Of a DNA stretch of 64,000 nt, positions 45,994 to 55,938 are shown piece by piece. Each line of letters starts with the position of its first letter. Position 1 is the first letter of the stretch. The DNA lies in assembly GCA_963798205.1 (NCBI GenBank), contig CAWCSK010000003.1, positions 10,360-74,359 on the forward strand, written 5' to 3'. The DNA is from an uncultured Methanosarcinales archaeon (GTDB lineage Archaea > Halobacteriota > Methanosarcinia > Methanotrichales > Methanotrichaceae). The translations under genes and the position numbers were made by a program. Under the pieces are notes generated by a model. It was not told where the DNA came from, ran no database searches, and saw nothing but the letters and a program-made list of their open reading frames with translations.

Positions 45994-46796
45994 GAACGAG
46001 GGTAATAGAGGCTACTGTGCGTGCTTTGACGCAGGCTGAAACCCGTCTGCCATCCTGGGTCATGCAAAGGATCGAGGAGGCGGAAAGCCTGGAGACAAAT
46101 CCCGTGGCGCGTTCTCACCTGCAGTTCATGCTGGAAAATGTGAGGCTTGCCAAAGATCGGAGCCTCCCCATCTGCCAGGATACAGGCCTCCCTATCTTCC
46201 ATGTGCAAATGGGCCGCGACCGGGTTTTGGACTTCAGCCTGCACGACGCCATAGCCGAGGGCGTAAGGATCGCTACATCGACGATCCCTCTTCGACCTAA
46301 TACCGTCGATCCAATAACCCGCAAAAACAGCGGGGACAACACCGGTCCGGGGATGCCGGACATAATTCTGGATTACGTAGACGGCCAGGGCCTGAAGATA
46401 ACGGCTTACCCCAAAGGAGCAGGATCCGAGAACATGAGCCTGGTGGGCATGCTGAATCCGGCAGACGATCCATATGATTTCATTCTCAAGACCGTGTCCG
46501 AGCGAGCAGCCAATGCCTGTCCGCCCCTTTTCTTGGGAATCGGAATCGGTGGAAGCTTTGATCTGGCGGCACGCCTGGCAAAACGCGCTCTGTTCAATAT
46601 GCCAGGGAGTTCGCCCCAGGAGCTGCAATTGTTGGAACGGTTGAACCATCTCGGCATCGGCCCCATGGGTCTGGGCGGGGACACAACCGTCCTCGGCCTG
46701 AAGATCGAGACTGCCTTCTGCCACACGGCCTCATTGCCCGTGGCCATAAATTTCCAGTGCTGGGCAAATCGAAGCGCAACCGAGGTGATCATATGA
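45990..46796 (+). CDS. fumA: Class I fumarate hydratase alpha subunit
   Basis: PICQDTG, LRPN, KGAGSEN, ACPP, CHTASLP, CWANR. Confidence 0.92.
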   Translation: MRTRVIEATVRALTQAETRLPSWVMQRIEEAESLETNPVARSHLQFMLENVRLAKDRSLPICQDTGLPIFHVQMGRDRVLDFSLHDAIAEGVRIATSTIPLRPNTVDPITRKNSGDNTGPGMPDIILDYVDGQGLKITAYPKGAGSENMSLVGMLNPADDPYDFILKTVSERAANACPPLFLGIGIGGSFDLAARLAKRALFNMPGSSPQELQLLERLNHLGIGPMGLGGDTTVLGLKIETAFCHTASLPVAINFQCWANRSATEVII

Positions 46797-47327
46797 CTGA
46801 GTTTCACCTCAGGACGCCGTTGAAGCGCAGCGGATGTGCAAAAGCTCAACGCCGGGGACGTTGTATTCCTGAGCGGAACGATTCTTTCGGCTCGCGACAA
46901 AGCTCACGCCCTCATGCGCGAGAAAGGTGCTCCGATCTCTTTAGAGGGGGCTGCCCTCTACCACTGCGGTCCGCTTATCCGTGGAAATACTGTTCTCTCA
47001 GCCGGGCCGACCACCAGCGGCCGCATGGCACGCTACACAGAAGAGATCCTGGCGCGGGGGGTGCGGGCCATCATAGGCAAAGGCGGTCTGCCGGGTGTTC
47101 CTTTTTTGAACAGGGCCGTCTATCTGGCCTATCCTGGAGGCTGCGGCGCAGCTGCAGCTCTGCAGCTCCGGGTTATGGGTGTGCATTGCCCGGAATTGGG
47201 CATGGCCGAGTCTCTCTGGGAGTTCGAGGCTCTGGAGTTCGGCCCCATGATTGTGGCTGTGGATTCCCATGGCAAGGATCTTTACCGGGATGTGAGACGG
47301 TCGGCAGAGAAGCAGATGACGAGATGA
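46793..47327 (+). CDS. fumB: Class I fumarate hydratase beta subunit (frameshift near the 5' end)
   Basis: ARDKAH, YHCGP, AGPTTSGRM, IIGKGG, ELGMAE, DSHG. Confidence 0.9.
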
Positions 47328-47959
47328 GGCGAGCGGCAGACGAGGCAAGGTATCTTGTGAATCGAGGATACCCCAAGGACTCAGCCATTCGCTTTGTCTG
47401 CGATCACCACCGCCTGCCACAGGCGCAAAGGTTTGTGCTCACAAGAATAGTCGTTGCCGCGACTCTTGCATACTCCAGACGGGCAAAGGCTCAAAGCCTG
47501 GAATCGTTGCGTTTAAAAGGGGTGTTCGTGGACGGCTACAATGTTCTCATCACCACAGAGAGCCTTCTGGCAGGATATCCTGTCTATTCATGCGACGACG
47601 GCTTTCTGCGCGACACGCGAGGTATCTTCAGCAGCTATAAAATCTCCCATCACACGGCTCCTGCCCTTTCCGGTATCCTTGATCTTCTGGCGGAGGCAGA
47701 GCCTGCCCATGTAGAGGTGCTGCTGGACCAGCAGATGAGCCGCAGCGGAGAGCTGGCGGAATTGGTGCGAGGCATGATGGCAGGGCGGGGCCTGCCGGGA
47801 ACGGCAAGGACTGCCGGGAATGTCGACCACCTTCTCAAAGTCTCTGAAGCCGTGGTTGCAACCAGCGACGGAAATGTGATTGACGCGGCAAAAAGGATCT
47901 ATGACCTTCCCGCGGAGATTGCGAAAAGGCGAGGAATAGTTCCTCTATTTGTTTGCTAG
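47324..47959 (+). CDS. DUF434 domain (PIN-like) protein
   Basis: YLVNRGYP, VDGYNVLIT, DDGFLRD, SRSGEL, VATSD. Confidence 0.85.
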   Translation: MRRAADEARYLVNRGYPKDSAIRFVCDHHRLPQAQRFVLTRIVVAATLAYSRRAKAQSLESLRLKGVFVDGYNVLITTESLLAGYPVYSCDDGFLRDTRGIFSSYKISHHTAPALSGILDLLAEAEPAHVEVLLDQQMSRSGELAELVRGMMAGRGLPGTARTAGNVDHLLKVSEAVVATSDGNVIDAAKRIYDLPAEIAKRRGIVPLFVC

Positions 47960-48220
47960 TCTGCAGAAGAAATAGACAATTTCGAGACCCGCGCATGAGG
48001 TCGCGGAGTTGGGCTACCACATGGCATTCATTTGTGTTAGCGTGTGCGTCAAGAGACCTTCCTGGAGCGTTCATGTCGCTATGAACGATTCCTTCTCTGG
48101 GTAGAACCGCCAAAGAGCCTCGCAAGCGGACTATCCTGTCCATATCAATCGTCATCTTTTTATGGTATTGTTAATTATTATACTATCAGGGACGCAATAA
48201 ACTTCCAAAGTAATGGGTGA

Positions 48221-48673
48221 GTGGCAATGAGATTGAGAGTTGTAGCTTTAATTGTACTGGTATTGTTGTTCATGGGCGGGCTTGGGGCATCCAATCCCTT
48301 GTTTTTTCCGCTCAGCGAGCACACCATAGCCAAAGAGATTAGCCCGAGCGGAATGCCGCTCTACAGGACGAATACGTTTTCTTCCGACGACGAGCAAGTC
48401 GCCTCCTGGCTGCTGATCTGGCGAGACGCCAAACCGCACACCGTGGAATGGAGATGGTACTGGCCGGAGGGCAGGACATATGCCCGGTCTTTCAGCAATG
48501 TGCCTCCCATCGATGGATTCACCGGAATGTGGGCGGCGCCCGTCTGGAGCAATCTCAAGATCAAGGGAACCGATGTTGCTCGAATGCCGGGAACGTGGAA
48601 GGTGGATGTAATAGTGGACTTCAGAAAGATCCTCACAGAATACTTCACCATTAATAGTCCTGAGGCTTACTGA
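48221..48673 (+). CDS. Secreted Ig-like hypothetical protein
   Basis: Signal peptide; WRWYWPEG, PGTWKVDV. Confidence 0.75.
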   Translation: MAMRLRVVALIVLVLLFMGGLGASNPLFFPLSEHTIAKEISPSGMPLYRTNTFSSDDEQVASWLLIWRDAKPHTVEWRWYWPEGRTYARSFSNVPPIDGFTGMWAAPVWSNLKIKGTDVARMPGTWKVDVIVDFRKILTEYFTINSPEAY

Positions 48674-48845
48674 GGCCGCATTCAAGGGTCCGGCTCGGGG
48701 CACAATAGATTGAGGCCATCCTAATTTGGCTCGATCTTAGCTTTGCCTTCAATTTTTCTATTCTCATCTGTTTGTATGAACGAACCGCCACGAGAGGACA
48801 ATCATATTAAATCTTGGAGATACACATTGGTATGGGATTAAGAAT

Positions 48846-49566
48846 ATGGAACTGGAGTTTGGCGGCAAGAGGCGAGAGCCGGATATTCGCCGGCTCAATG
48901 ATATGCGCGAAGTGATCTTCGATCAGGGCTGGCTGGCAGGGGCAAAAGACTTTGAGCTCTATTTCATGTACCGCGACCTTTTCCTGAGCAGGGGAGACGG
49001 GGAAAAGCTGCAGGAGCAGGGCCTCAGATACGATATTACCGTCATTCCGCCAAACATGCTCGGTCGAGAATATATCAAGACGGCCGGACATTACCACCCG
49101 CTCGTGCCTGAAGGCAGCGTTACCTATCCTGAGCTTTACGAAGTCCTGGAGGGTGAAGCGCTATATCTCCTGCAAAGCCAGGATCTTGGCGATGTTGTGG
49201 TGGTACACGCCTCTGCCGGGGACAAGGTTCTCGTGCCGCCGAATTACGGCCACATAACCATAAACCGCTCCAATAAAACCCTAAAGATGGCCAACTACGT
49301 GGCCAGGAATTTCTCTTCACTTTATGATCCTATCAAGGAAAAGGCCGGTGGTGCATACTTTTTCACAAAAGATGGCTGGATAAAGAACGAACGCTGTCCG
49401 GAGGCCTGCGGAGCTTCGGCGCGTCGAGGCGCCCGACAACAAAAAATTGGCGAAACTCGGCTTGACTAAAGGCCGGGAGATGTATCCGCTGCTAAAAGTG
49501 CGAGGCCAGCTGGAGTTCCTGACCGATCCCGGGAATCATCTGGAGCTCTTTGAGGGAATGATCTGA
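48846..49566 (+). CDS. pgiA: Cupin-type glucose-6-phosphate isomerase (frameshifted near the 3' end)
   Basis: LYFMYRD, LRYDITVIPP, KTAGHYH, YPELYEVLEG, VPPNYGHITIN. Confidence 0.9.
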
Positions 49567-49639
49567 TGCATGATTCCTGAACCTGATTCCATGAAGCACT
49601 CGAAAACCGGATTAATGCCTGTTCCAAAAGCTTTCACCA

Positions 49640-50627
49640 ATGCAATCTCCAATGCATCCAAGCCTCTCCCGATTTAGGGCGCATATTGAGCTGCTCCGTC
49701 CGCCCTTAGCCGCGATGGACCTGGCCATGCCTGCCGCCTCGGCTCTATTGGCGGTGTATGCAGTGGAGGGAAGGCTTCCGCCCTTTTTGCCTTTTCTTGC
49801 GGCCGTTGTAGGTGCCTACTGTGCCATCACGAGCTCTTATGTCTATAATGACTGCTGCGACATCGATGTGGATAAGATTGCCATGCCCAATCGACCGCTC
49901 CCATCCGCCAAACTTGGCAAGAGGGAGGCTCAAGCCTGGTCGCTCTTTCTTTTTCTTGTGGCCGCAGCGGTTGCACTTCAGCCTCAATCCTGAAAGCCTT
50001 GTGGCCCTCATTGCCGCCACGCTCTTGATCACCATCTATTCTGCCTGGGCCAAGAGAAATACGCCCTTCTCCTGGATCTTCGTGGGCTTATCCTTTGGGA
50101 TGGTGCCTTTGGGTGTTTGGCTGGCCATGGAGCCGGCCGGGTTGCTTAGAGCGGGCCCCGGCCTTCATCCCGGCTCCCTGATCCTGGCGGCGATGATAGG
50201 CATCACCGATTGGGGCTTTACCAACTGTGATGCCTCGCGCGACGTGGCTGGTGACAGAGAAGAAGGAATTCCGACCATGCCCGCCACTTACGGCATTCCT
50301 GCGACCGCCAAGATGGTCGCCCTATTTTGGCTGATCGGCGTCCTTCTTTCTCTTTTGCTGGGACTCTCGGCCGGACTGGGATGGCTCTACCTCTTCATAG
50401 CCGTCATTGCAGGTGGCTGGCAGATCCGGCAGACTCTGGACTTCGTGCGCCATCCAACGGCAAAAAGGGGTGATATGCTATTTTACCAGTCTGCCAACTA
50501 TCGCGCCGTGCTCTTCATGGCCATAATCGTCGATGTGCTGCTGAAGACGATCCTACCAATATCAGAGTGGGCTCTGATCCACCGCAAAGCCCATGAGTTC
50601 GGTGTTTCCAGAAATATCAATGAATAA
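49640..50627 (+). CDS. UbiA prenyltransferase family protein (frameshifted)
   Basis: YNDCCDIDVDKIAMPNRPLPS, RDVAGDREEGIPTMP; multiple TMs. Confidence 0.88.
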
Positions 50628-50718
50628 GGAGGGAGGCAAAAGTCTTCAGCACATAGGAGGGATCGAGATTGGCCATCGACTTTCGCCTATGTACTAACGT
50701 CAATTGCCGATACTTAAG
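50620..50718. repeat. Dispersed degenerate repeat, copy 2
   Basis: Matches 22372..22465. Confidence 0.7.
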
Positions 50719-51026
50719 GATTTCGGTGAGAGAAAATATGAGGACTGGAAACTTCCCAAAAAAGAGAGAACAGAAAATGGGATAATCGATCTCTGCGGTG
50801 CCCCTGTGCTGCTGCTCGATGATAACCCGAAGCTTGGCAAGGACGACGAAAGCTTTCCGAAAGGATTCCCCATGGCAGACGGAGCATTATAAATCAAAAA
50901 TAATCAAAATCATCGGCAGTTACTCTTCCCTGGATCTTGCAATGCACACATGAAGACCTTTAATGAAGTAACTGCCTTCCGTCATAGTTCATCCTTCGGT
51001 CGTACTCTTTGTCATGATGGTTCTCT

Positions 51027-51650
51027 TTATGCTTCCTTTTTCGCGGGCCGGTAGCAGAGCAGAACGTTCCCAGAACCAAATGTCTTCGTTTCTAGGAGCC
51101 TGAGATTTAGCTTATCTTTTAAGCCTTTGAACAAAGGTTTGCCATTGCCAAGTATCACAGGATTCACTATAATCCGGTACTCATCGATCAGGCCCAGATT
51201 CATAAGAGCAGATACGATGCTGCCACTGCCGTATACCACCATGTTCTTACCTGGCTGCTGTTTCATCTTCACTATTTCTTCCGGAATAATTTCTTTAAGC
51301 AGCCTGGCATTTTTCCATTCAACACTTTCCAGAGTACTTGAAAAAACAATTTTAGTTATATTATTTATATCATGAGCAATTTCAAGATCGCTCTTTGAGG
51401 TGAGGGGTTTGTAGCGCGCAGGCCAGTAACCCTCAAAAAGCTGATAGGTCTTGCGTCCGAATAGAATAGTATCGACCGTATTCAGTAGATCGATGGCATA
51501 CTGGTTAAATTCTTCATCCACGATATGCCAATCTATTTCTCCGTTTGGTCCGGCAAAGAAGCCATCAAGAGTTACCATCTCGGATACGATTATTTTTCTC
51601 GTCACGATCTCCTGCTCTCCTGGTTCAGCCATAAGGTTCGTTTTTGTCAT
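51027..51650 (-). CDS. Dihydrofolate reductase-like (RibD C-terminal) protein
   Basis: RKIIVSEMVTLDGFFAGP, LFGRKTY, GSGSIV, PVILGNGKPLF. Confidence 0.9.
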   Translation of the reverse strand: MTKTNLMAEPGEQEIVTRKIIVSEMVTLDGFFAGPNGEIDWHIVDEEFNQYAIDLLNTVDTILFGRKTYQLFEGYWPARYKPLTSKSDLEIAHDINNITKIVFSSTLESVEWKNARLLKEIIPEEIVKMKQQPGKNMVVYGSGSIVSALMNLGLIDEYRIIVNPVILGNGKPLFKGLKDKLNLRLLETKTFGSGNVLLCYRPAKKEA

Positions 51651-51800
51651 GTATTTGTCTTAGCTTTCAGCTACAATTATTTTTGTATTATTCTTAATTT
51701 GTCTCCCGAACTGTTTGACGCATGCTTTCCTCAGCTATCCGACTGTTTGGTAACCACTCCCTATTGACCCTGCAAATGATGATCGTCTTCGCCCATCAAT

Positions 51801-52781
51801 TCACGCCAGCAACAGCTTCATCCCCAAACCCGTATCTAGAGCTTTTTTATAAACGGCATTTCCCGCTGCCACATCCTGGATGCCGAGGCCCGTGGAGTCG
51901 AAGATTGTGATCTCTTCGTCACTGATGCGTCCCGGTTTTTTGCCGGTCAGGATTTCGCCTATCTGGGCGTAGATATCCTGGGGCGCCAGCAGTCCCTCTG
52001 AAATGGGAACATTCACTTCGCCGGAATGTACTGCCTGGGTCAAATCGTCTACAACAACTTTGGCCCTCTTTGTCAAAGACGACTCCAGCTCTTGCTTACC
52101 TCTGGCATCCGCACCAATGGCATTGATATGAGTCCCAGCCCTGATCCATTTATCCTGGACCACGGGACGGCGCGAGGGGGTGGTAGTAACCAGAATATCG
52201 CACTGGCAGGCATCCTCTGGACTGGAGGTGGTCAGACAGTCGCAATTAAGGTATGGTCTGACATCGTCTCTAAAGGATTGCGCTCTTTCCAGGGAGCTGT
52301 CGGAAACGATCACCTGCTCAATCCGGAAGTGTCTGGACAGGCCCAAAAGCTGTGTTCGCGCTTGCACTCCTGCCCCAATAATACCCACCACATGAGAATT
52401 TTGACGGGCGAGAGTTCTGGCGGCCACAGCGCCTGCAGCTCCCGTGCGCATGCTGGTGAGATAGGTCGCGCCCATGATGGCAAGAGGTGCGCCTGTCCTG
52501 GAAGAGTTCAACACCAGAAGGGCCATAACTGTAGGAAGCCCTATTTCCTGATTCCTGGTATGAACATTGACGATCTTCACCCCAGCCAGGTCTTGCCCCT
52601 CCAGATAGGCGGGCATGGTTCTCAGGTCTCCGTCATATCTGGAGAAGTAAAGATAGGACTTGGGCGGCATCTGGGTTTGGCCCATTCCGTGATCATAGAA
52701 GGCCTTCTCTACGGCAATAATTGTATCATCCATGGTCAAAAGCGACCTTACTTCCTCCTCCGTGAGCCAGAGTACTTCCAT
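51801..52781 (-). CDS. ala: Archaeal alanine dehydrogenase (ornithine cyclodeaminase/mu-crystallin family)
   Basis: MPPKSYL, GDLRTMPAY, KIVNVH, RTGAAG, GAGVQA, HINAIGAD, FDSTGLGIQD. Confidence 0.9.
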   Translation of the reverse strand: MEVLWLTEEEVRSLLTMDDTIIAVEKAFYDHGMGQTQMPPKSYLYFSRYDGDLRTMPAYLEGQDLAGVKIVNVHTRNQEIGLPTVMALLVLNSSRTGAPLAIMGATYLTSMRTGAAGAVAARTLARQNSHVVGIIGAGVQARTQLLGLSRHFRIEQVIVSDSSLERAQSFRDDVRPYLNCDCLTTSSPEDACQCDILVTTTPSRRPVVQDKWIRAGTHINAIGADARGKQELESSLTKRAKVVVDDLTQAVHSGEVNVPISEGLLAPQDIYAQIGEILTGKKPGRISDEEITIFDSTGLGIQDVAAGNAVYKKALDTGLGMKLLLA

Positions 52782-52867
52782 TAAAACACCCGGGTTTCAT
52801 GGAGGCAGTGGAGGAGAAATAAGCTTTGGCTGCCAAAGAGGAAATTTGTTGAGACGATTTGTGGACG

Positions 52868-52940
52868 AAAAGAAGATTCGAAGAAGTAATGGGGGCTTGA
52901 GCCTTCGAGATGTAAGGGATAGCAACTCATCGGAGGCTCC
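52868..52940 (-). ncRNA. Candidate sRNA or 5' leader, copy 1
   Basis: TTAAATAG box at 52970-52963 places +1 at the G of GGAGCCTCC; hairpin, then a pyrimidine-rich tail. Confidence 0.45.
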
Positions 52941-52962
52941 AATAGATTACTAGTATTTTTAA

Positions 52963-52998
52963 CTATTTAAGTTTAATTAAATGTGCGGCGGGCACATT
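52963..52998 (-). promoter_or_regulatory. TATA box plus AATGTGC-N5-GCACATT palindrome, copy 1
   Basis: Read directly from the sequence. Confidence 0.55.
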
Positions 52999-53243
52999 CT
53001 TCCTCCGGAATAGTCGTCATAGTAATATCGGTATTATCGATATTGTTGATAGTAATCAATCTTAATCATGGGGCCTGTAGAATAGGACTGAAACTCCCAT
53101 GAGCCTCCGAGGGACTCATACGCGGCAATAAAAATCGAAATGTTTTGACAACCATGAAATTCGATTTTACCTGGGAAACACTCTGGATTCATAGATTCAG
53201 TTGAGGCGAAATCGGCTGTGGCTGCCAAGAGGAAATTTGTTGA

Positions 53244-53312
53244 GAAGATTAGAAGAAGTAATGGGGGCGTGAGCCTTCGAGATGTAAGGGATGGCAACTC
53301 ATCGGAGGCTCC
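53244..53312 (-). ncRNA. Candidate sRNA, copy 2
   Basis: TTAAATAG at 53342-53335; +1 at 53312; same hairpin. Confidence 0.45.
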
Positions 53313-53334
53313 AATAGATTACTAGTATTTTTAA

Positions 53335-53370
53335 CTATTTAAGTTTAATTAAATGTGCAGCGGGCACATT
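53335..53370 (-). promoter_or_regulatory. TATA box plus AATGTGC-N5-GCACATT palindrome, copy 2
   Basis: Read directly; the difference from copy 1 lies in the N5 spacer. Confidence 0.55.
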
Positions 53371-53683
53371 CTTCCTCCGGAATAGTCGTCGTAGTAATAT
53401 CGGTATTATCGATATTGTTGATAGTAATCATTCTTAATCATGAGGGCTGGAAAATACGATTGACGAGCGAGATTTGCAGTGCAGAGAGATCCTCTGTCCA
53501 GTACTTTGCTCAAGTGGCCAGGGGTTATGAACCAGAAGGCATGGCTTCCCGTGGCTCCCGGAGAGTTGAGAGAATAAGTTATTTTACAAATCCAACCGCG
53601 AAAAGAGAAGTGACAAGGAAATTTATCTCGAAAGGCTCACGCCTTGCGAGTCCTCGCCACTCTTTAAGAAAAAAAGATAGGCT

Positions 53684-53956
53684 CTAAAGCTCTTCCAGCT
53701 TCTCAACACCGGTTTTTTTCACTCTCGGCTTCCAGATCTCATCCGGCATCCAGGCTGGCGCCCCTTTGGGCTTCTTTACCTGAACTCTCTCGCCTACGAA
53801 TATGTGCACCTTCTTTGTGCCGCGCTCTCTAAGCCGTATGTCTGTGTGACCTCTATTGGCTGCCTTCAATGCTGCCTGTCTCGGCTGCTTTCCCGTAAAG
53901 ACACCAATCTCATTGCCCTTTTTGTCTCTAAGTGCGAAATTCCTTGTCTCAGCCAT
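53684..53956 (-). CDS. Non-histone chromosomal protein MC1
   Basis: RNFALRD..GNEIGVFTGKQPRQAALKAANRG, IRLRERGTKKVH, PAWMP..IWKP. Confidence 0.95.
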   Translation of the reverse strand: MAETRNFALRDKKGNEIGVFTGKQPRQAALKAANRGHTDIRLRERGTKKVHIFVGERVQVKKPKGAPAWMPDEIWKPRVKKTGVEKLEEL

Positions 53957-54318
53957 TAAATCCCTCCGTGCTTCCCGACTGCACAACTCTATTTGGTTAT
54001 ATTGTTATTCCGAATACCATTATATTAATTTTATCTAGATGACGAGGAAAACAGTTGGATTTTTATCTCCAGTGGAGCAAAGGAGTCCAAAATAGGGCTC
54101 CAATTCACCGAGTGGCCTGGCAATGCGCAGAATCCGATTCAGACTTGAGAGCCAAAGACATAGTCATGAATCCATGCGTTGCGAGCACTTCAAACTCGAT
54201 AATTCGTTGCGGATGAATGCTGTCATCACCATATGTTCGTGATGAAAATGCAAAGATGCCGATAAGGTCACAAAATCAGGAACAGGATCGAAAAAAAGGG
54301 CGACTATGAAAGGCTCGG

Positions 54319-54690
54319 TCACTCCTCTTCCAGCCGGCAGAACTGGCAGCTATGATGCCATATCGGCTCTGCCTCTATCTGGACATGATTCTCGCTGCTG
54401 TAGTGGCCTGCATTCATCTCCTGGATGAACTTATGCGCCTCTTCTGGTGACATGCCCTTGGGCTTGATCCTCCCCACCTCGCGGCCATGAACCCCATGAT
54501 GGCCTTCCGTCTTGTCGATAGTCATGACTGCGTATTCGGGATAGTCCTCGCTCTCGCCATCGCCCAGGTAGAGCAGATTTCCGTAATAGAAGCCGTAGCA
54601 GACAGGCCACTTGTGGTTGATCATAGCCTCTACCAGATCTTCCTCACTTTCGAGCTCCTTGAAGGAGAATACGCGGTCGGGATGGATCAT
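54319..54690 (-). CDS. Hypothetical protein with a C-terminal HHSCxxC motif
   Basis: 123-aa ORF; AGGTGA RBS. Confidence 0.7.
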   Translation of the reverse strand: MIHPDRVFSFKELESEEDLVEAMINHKWPVCYGFYYGNLLYLGDGESEDYPEYAVMTIDKTEGHHGVHGREVGRIKPKGMSPEEAHKFIQEMNAGHYSSENHVQIEAEPIWHHSCQFCRLEEE

Positions 54691-54836
54691 AATCTTCACC
54701 TTTCTTAAGGATATCAGTAGTCCTTCCGCCATTAAATAGTTTCGTGAAAAAACAGAGAGGAAGATCTATTGATGATGGACTCAATCCGACAATAGAGGAC
54801 AAAAGATACGAAAGAAAGGTCTGCAAGGAGTAACCT

Positions 54837-55625
54837 ATGAGCAAACATCAAATAGCAACGGTATTCGTCTCTCATGGCGCGCCGACATTGCTGCTGGAAG
54901 ACATCCCGGCCAGAAGGTTTCTGGCGGATCTGGGCGAGAAATACCGCAATATTGAGGCGGTGTTGTGCATATCAGCCCACTGGGCGACAGAGGAGGCGGC
55001 CGTCACCGCCGCAAAAGATCTGGAGACCATCCACGACTTCTCTGGATTTCCCTCCCAATTGTACCAGATAAAATATCCTGCCCATGGCGATCCCAACCTT
55101 GCCGGGCGAGTGGCAGGATTGCTCAATGATGCGGGGATTGCTTGTGATATGGACCGCAAACGCGGCCTCGATCATGGTGCCTGGGTGCCCATGCGGCTCA
55201 TGTTTCCAGAGGCGGATATGCCTGTAATTCAGCTCTCCATCCAAAAGGGGCTGAACCCGGAACGGCATTACTCCCTCGGTCAGGCCCTGGCTGCTCTGCG
55301 AGAGGATGGCGTCTTAATTTTGGGTAGTGGAGGCGCTGTTCACCCTCTGGGTTATGCAGAGCTGTCCCCGGGGGCGGTCACGGACGGCTGGGCGCTGGAG
55401 TTTGACGACTGGCTCACAAAAGCAGTAAGCCAGGGTGACAAAGTTGGCCTTCTGAATTATCGAGCGGCTGCGCCCTTTCCAGAGCGGGCTCATCCATACC
55501 CGGATCATTTCATGCCTCTCTTGACCGCGTTCGGAGCTGCTGGAGCCGGGGCTAGAGGCAAGGTTCTCCACCGCAGCTGGCAGTGGGGAGATCTGGGTAT
55601 GGGAGCTTACGAGTTCGAGATCTGA
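54837..55625 (+). CDS. DODA-type extradiol ring-cleavage dioxygenase (LigB/YgiD family)
   Basis: FVSHGAP, ISAHW, TIHDFSGFP, RGLDHGAWVP, GSGGAVH, AHPYPDHFMPL. Confidence 0.92.
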   Translation: MSKHQIATVFVSHGAPTLLLEDIPARRFLADLGEKYRNIEAVLCISAHWATEEAAVTAAKDLETIHDFSGFPSQLYQIKYPAHGDPNLAGRVAGLLNDAGIACDMDRKRGLDHGAWVPMRLMFPEADMPVIQLSIQKGLNPERHYSLGQALAALREDGVLILGSGGAVHPLGYAELSPGAVTDGWALEFDDWLTKAVSQGDKVGLLNYRAAAPFPERAHPYPDHFMPLLTAFGAAGAGARGKVLHRSWQWGDLGMGAYEFEI

Positions 55626-55938
55626 TCGAGTCACTATTTCAATGGACTGTTATGCGCCCTTCCATAAGGCCGATAACCTTAAACAAAAAGGAGGACACTA
55701 ATATGCGAACAATATGAACAATAAGAACAAAATGATGATCGATGAAATTATTGATATCCAAATATAAAGTTCACTCAGAAAGCGTCACGAATCCCGAAAT
55801 CAGGATCCGAGACCATGCACTCCGCAGGAAGAACACCTACCCGAGCTCATCAGGATGTCTTTCTGATTCCTCGATCGTATATCGAAACCCAATTTTCCTT
55901 TTCGTAGACGCACAATATTCTTTTTGCACTCTACGAAA

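Larger units (their letters stand above)
52827..53070. repeat. Non-coding direct repeat, copy 1
   Basis: Nearly identical to 53219..53442 apart from a ~20-bp indel and a few substitutions. Confidence 0.95.
53219..53442. repeat. Non-coding direct repeat, copy 2
   Basis: See copy 1. Confidence 0.95.

Noticed and set aside
45459-46724. 421-aa minus-strand ORF and similar long antisense ORFs (19142..20092, 20577..21497, 52026..52784)
   Set aside because: Shadow frames of well-supported genes on the opposite strand; no motifs
46757-47959. 400-aa fusion ORF
   Set aside because: Artefact of the fumB frameshift; DUF434 has its own ATG at 47324
52899-52940. Hammerhead ribozyme in the duplicated hairpin (CCGATGAG...CTCGAAG)
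   Set aside because: The core deviates from CUGAUGA...GAAA, and no third stem or cleavage triplet is evident
54068-54088. ORB-like motif ctccagtggagcaaaggagt as a replication origin
   Set aside because: Single imperfect copy, no cdc6/orc1 in the window, and no ORB cluster near DP1
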